A DNA stretch of 63,978 nt, counting the filler, from Octopus bimaculoides (Eukaryota), in the NCBI RefSeq assembly GCF_001194135.2. It is 8 parts of 8 records of this genome, joined end to end, with 100 filler letters (N's around TTAATTAATTAA, not from the genome) between each part and the next. Parts side by side here need not be neighbours in the genome. Positions count along the whole stretch, not along the records: positions 56,773 to 63,978 come from NW_026391934.1; 7 more parts are not named here. One strand, written 5' to 3'. How positions within the stretch are numbered: the first letter of the stretch is position 1; each line of letters opens with the position of its first letter. Shown one piece after another: positions 60,782-63,978 of the stretch. A program made the translations under genes and the position numbers. The notes beneath the pieces were generated by a model that saw only the letters and a program-made list of their open reading frames with translations, was not told where the DNA came from and ran no database searches.

Positions 60782-63700
60782 TATAAGTATAAGTTAGGAA
60801 TGTTTAAACATTCAACTGATAGGCTTGAAGTGTTTAAGCAACTAAGGGATAATTAAATCCCAAGGTGCTCCTGGAGATTACCTGTGTGGGTACCGTCTTT
60901 GTTAGAAGGTATCTAGAGACAGGTAATTTATCGTGTAAACCGCAGTTTATAAGTATAATCATGTAGAGAATGGAGAAACAAACACAGGAAGAAGCAGGTC
61001 GATTGCGCTAGTTAGCCATTAATTTAATCAATTAGGTAGAGATTGTGTAATGTTACATTTACGATCGTTTCGATTTGCCAATTTAAATTGGCAGATCTCT
61101 TCAGAATGTAGAGAAGTATGTTTACATGCATGGGTTGAGAGATGTGCTAATGTACAGGAATGCATATAGTGGTTTGAGAATAGAGGTAAGGTATAGTGAG
61201 TCTTACATTTTAGTCGAAGTCAGAGTTAATATTTCTGCGAAGGAGAGGTAGGGCGGGTGCTTTTTAAGTCCGTAATTTCAATCTTCGTCAAGCGCATTAC
61301 TCACGTGGCTGTTGTTAAATCAAGCAAATGTTGTGTTTCATTTGAACCGGCGGTCTAAGTAAAGGGAGTAACTCTAAGTTTTGGTGAAGAGGGAGCTAAC
61401 TCTGTCCTAGTAAATATTTAATTATACTTAGAAAATGAAAATTCTGTAGTGTATAGACAAACTATGTTATTTTCGTATTTTTTGTTTAGAAGATGTGTTG
61501 TAGCGTTAGGATTTCGAGGCGTTCAGTTAGGCAAAGGTCACAACGTCTGTTAATTGAGTTATAAGAATTTGCTGTTCTGAGTATATGCCATTTTAGTTTG
61601 TATGCTATATTATTGTCCTTTAATTCCCAGGTATAGTCCTGTTGAGTTTGCCTTCTTTCTATTTCTAAAGCTAGACTGGTGTTTATTGTATCTAAGTCGT
61701 ATTTAATTTTTCGTGGTCCCAATGTATGATCTTATATGGCTGTTTGTGTGTACGTCGCATTGGTAAACTACATTTTCAGTCTTACATCTATTGGAGAAAT
61801 TGCCTTTATTCCTATCCCTACAGCTACATAAATTATAAGGGGTGTCTGTGTCGGTGTGTTGTTGTGCGGCCCTATTGTTCTTTTGATGTGTGTCTCTGTT
61901 AGCAAGGGGCGTTAGATTAGAGTTGGGGTTTGTTGTATTTGTCGGACGGCTGCTAGTTTGGTTGTTCATGGTCTTTCTAGCTGCATAGAATGCGTCAATT
62001 TTTTTATTATTAATAGAGGCTATGATGGTAGCTAAGTTACATGTCAGGCTGTGGCCGATTCTAATTTTGTTCTTAAATATTGCTGCATATTTATTATTTA
62101 CATTTAGATGTTTATCTATTATGTTCATTAATGAATGGACTATGTTGGATTTGAGGTTCATGGTGAAGGGGATAATTAACCAGATCGTATCATTATTGCG
62201 CATATTGTTATTACGGTTATGCCTGGTATAGAACCTGCCATCATAGCTGGAAAGGCTAATGAATTTGCCTTTGTGGCTATCTAATTTGTTTCTATGGTTA
62301 GGTTTATTATTAGTATGTGTCTTATCAGTGTTAGCTGGGTTAATATTGTTTGTTTTTTGTGGGCCCGGCGTCAAGGGTTTAAGGTTTATAACAGGGTTTA
62401 TTTTAGTTCGCTGTTATTAATAATATTCTTATCTTTGCGTGGCTTAATGTTGATTATGTTCTGGTTGTTATTGTATTCCCGTTTCATTATGTTATTAGTT
62501 TTATTAATGTTAATCGTATCATTGGTATTGGTGTTTACGCTGTTGTTGATATTTTTGGTGTTATGTGGGTTGGCTTTGGGATCCTTTGTATAATTATTAT
62601 TATTTTTATTATGTTTAATTGTGTCCTTCTTATTCTTGGTGTGGTTTGCAGTAGGGTTTGGTGTGTTATTATTGTATGTGTTAATATCATTTAGATTCCC
62701 TTTATTTCGGTCATTTGTATGGTTATTGGGGGCTAGGTATTTAATTTTATGGTTGAATCCTGCTTTATGTAGTGCGATATTATAGATATCCTTATGCTTA
62801 TTAAAAATATCCTGGTTAGAGGAGAGGCGTATATATTCTATTGTTTATGCTATGTACTAAGCCTCTCTTAAGGAATAGCAGCTGGTTACTGGATGTGTTT
62901 ATGTATTTGAGGTTAGTGTTTGGTTTTATGTAAGGTTCATGGAGTCCTGTGGCTAGGTTGCAGTTTGCGCCGAAGTAATTTATGGAGGTGTGTTCATTTT
63001 CTATGGAAATGGCTAGTCCGAATCTTTTAAAGAATTTGTGTAGGTTTTTCTTGATGAGTTCAAGTTTCTTGTTTGAGGGATTATTAATTACGAAAAGCGC
63101 GTCGTCCCTGTATAAGCCTCCCTTGAGATCTGGGAATTCATCCTGTATGTATGAAGACAAATATATGCCCACTAAGTCAGTTATCTGAGTTAAATCCGGG
63201 GATCCCATGGTGATGTCGAAATAGTTTGGAGAGTCCTTCCGGACCCAGATTTTGTTATCAAAGCTTATAACTGATTTCCTTGCTTCTAGTATTACTTTTA
63301 TTTCTTTCATAGTTAGATGTGAGTGGTTTTTGGCGAATATTAGGGCACTATTTAGGATCGTGGGGTTAATTCAGGAGTAGTAATCTACTATGTCTATCTC
63401 TATGAATTTATAGTTTTCAGTGTTCGGTATTTTGGAGAACCAATTTAGGGCTTCGTATGTGTTGGACAATAATTCAAGGATGAGTCTACTTTTTAGTTTA
63501 GGGATGTACTTATTTAGTATTAGCTTACTTAATTTACATAGGTCTGACTTATTTGGGAATATTAATCTAACTTTAGAGTCTGTTAGGAAGTTAGGTTTAT
63601 GGTCTTTTAGTGTGATTCTAGGTCTAAGTGGTAGAAATGGCTCAGTTTTTTCACCTAAGTTATAGTCTAACATGATGTCCTTGGCTGCTAAGTTCATGGA

Positions 63701-63900
63701 TTGTAAGGTGCTATCTGGTGCTATTTTATTTTTTTTTTGTAATTTCTTTGTGTAGCAGTTGGTGGTATAAGTTAATATTAATAGTGTAAGAATTCCCTTT
63801 TTTGTCCGAGTGGACAATAATTCCGTTCTGGGATTTTAGCTTGTGCAGGAGGTCTTTAAGGTACTTTTGGTAACTACTGTTCCTTAGTGGGTGTCGCTTG
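60782..63900 (-). mobile_element. 5'-truncated Penelope-like retroelement (Naiad-type RT plus C-terminal GIY-YIG endonuclease) with a 3' pseudo-LTR; decayed
   Basis: IVHSDKKGNSY; RITLKDHKPNF...KVRLIFPNKSDL; FIEIDIVDYY; FDITMGS.D..QITDLVGIYL; GGLYRDDAL; YIKPNTNLKYINTSSN; IW..PF..N.KSNI; CSCR...RC..ENVVYQC...YIGTT; WELKD.NI.Y.LKW.IL...Y....RRCDLCLTER. It carries several stops and frameshifts. The pLTR is about 60782-61480. Confidence 0.92.
61054..61110 (-). ncRNA. Intact type I hammerhead ribozyme in the pLTR
   Basis: Minus strand: TACATT / CTGAAGA / GATCTGCCAATTTAAATTGGCAAATC / GAAA / CGATCG / TA / AATGTA. Stem I is a perfect 6 bp, the core is canonical, stem II is long and near-palindromic, and stem III is minimal and palindromic. 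Predicted cleavage after GUA, between 61060 and 61059. Confidence 0.9.
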
Positions 63901-63978
63901 AATTTAACATTACATAATCTCTACCTAACTAGCACAATCGACCTGCTTTTTCGTGTATTTGTTTCTCCATTCTCTACA
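63901..63978 (+). mobile_element. Inverted copy of the pLTR joined to the truncated 5' end of the Penelope ORF (runs off the window)
   Basis: aatttaacattacataatctctacc-taactagcacaatcgacctgc...gtttctccattctctaca aligns to the minus strand of 61059 to about 60962, apart from an indel of about 20 bp. Confidence 0.88.

Noticed and set aside
63371-63373. In-frame TGA in the Naiad-type RT as a possible selenocysteine codon (some Naiads are reported to be selenoproteins)
   Set aside because: It falls in DYYS*I, aligning to the Ser of the D-F-Y-P-S-I motif, so it is most simply TCA to TGA. The Cys positions of the element use TGT/TGC, the copy has other disabling mutations, and I saw no SECIS.

Overview
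Repeat-dominated, AT-rich animal genomic DNA from a gapped draft assembly, with many N runs, seven of them carrying an artificial TTAATTAATTAA linker. The tRNA-derived SINE families and the dense di-, tri- and tetranucleotide microsatellites suggest a cephalopod, probably Octopus (inferred from remembered repeat families, not from a search). There is little host coding sequence. I see one clear calcium-binding EGF exon (4385-4561), with a plausible first exon/promoter near 100-283 and a plausible hydrophobic terminal exon at 9025-9167, plus one intact intronless 243-aa coiled-coil ORF (41425-42156). The rest is transposon debris: three mariner elements from different subfamilies with visible TIRs, hAT and Tc1-type MITEs, R4/Dong LINE pieces abutting (TAA)n, RTE and CR1 LINE pieces, a Helitron helicase fragment, three SINE families, and a 3-kb Penelope-like element (Naiad-type RT plus GIY-YIG). 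The most striking signal is RNA structure. An intact type I hammerhead ribozyme lies in the 3' pseudo-LTR of the Penelope-like element (61054-61110, minus strand). An inverted pLTR copy is fused to the element's truncated 5' end and starts exactly at the predicted self-cleavage site (63901). Two more near-intact and several decayed hammerheads with unrelated stems are scattered through the window, most with a different short palindromic stem III. All structures were folded by eye; no software was run.
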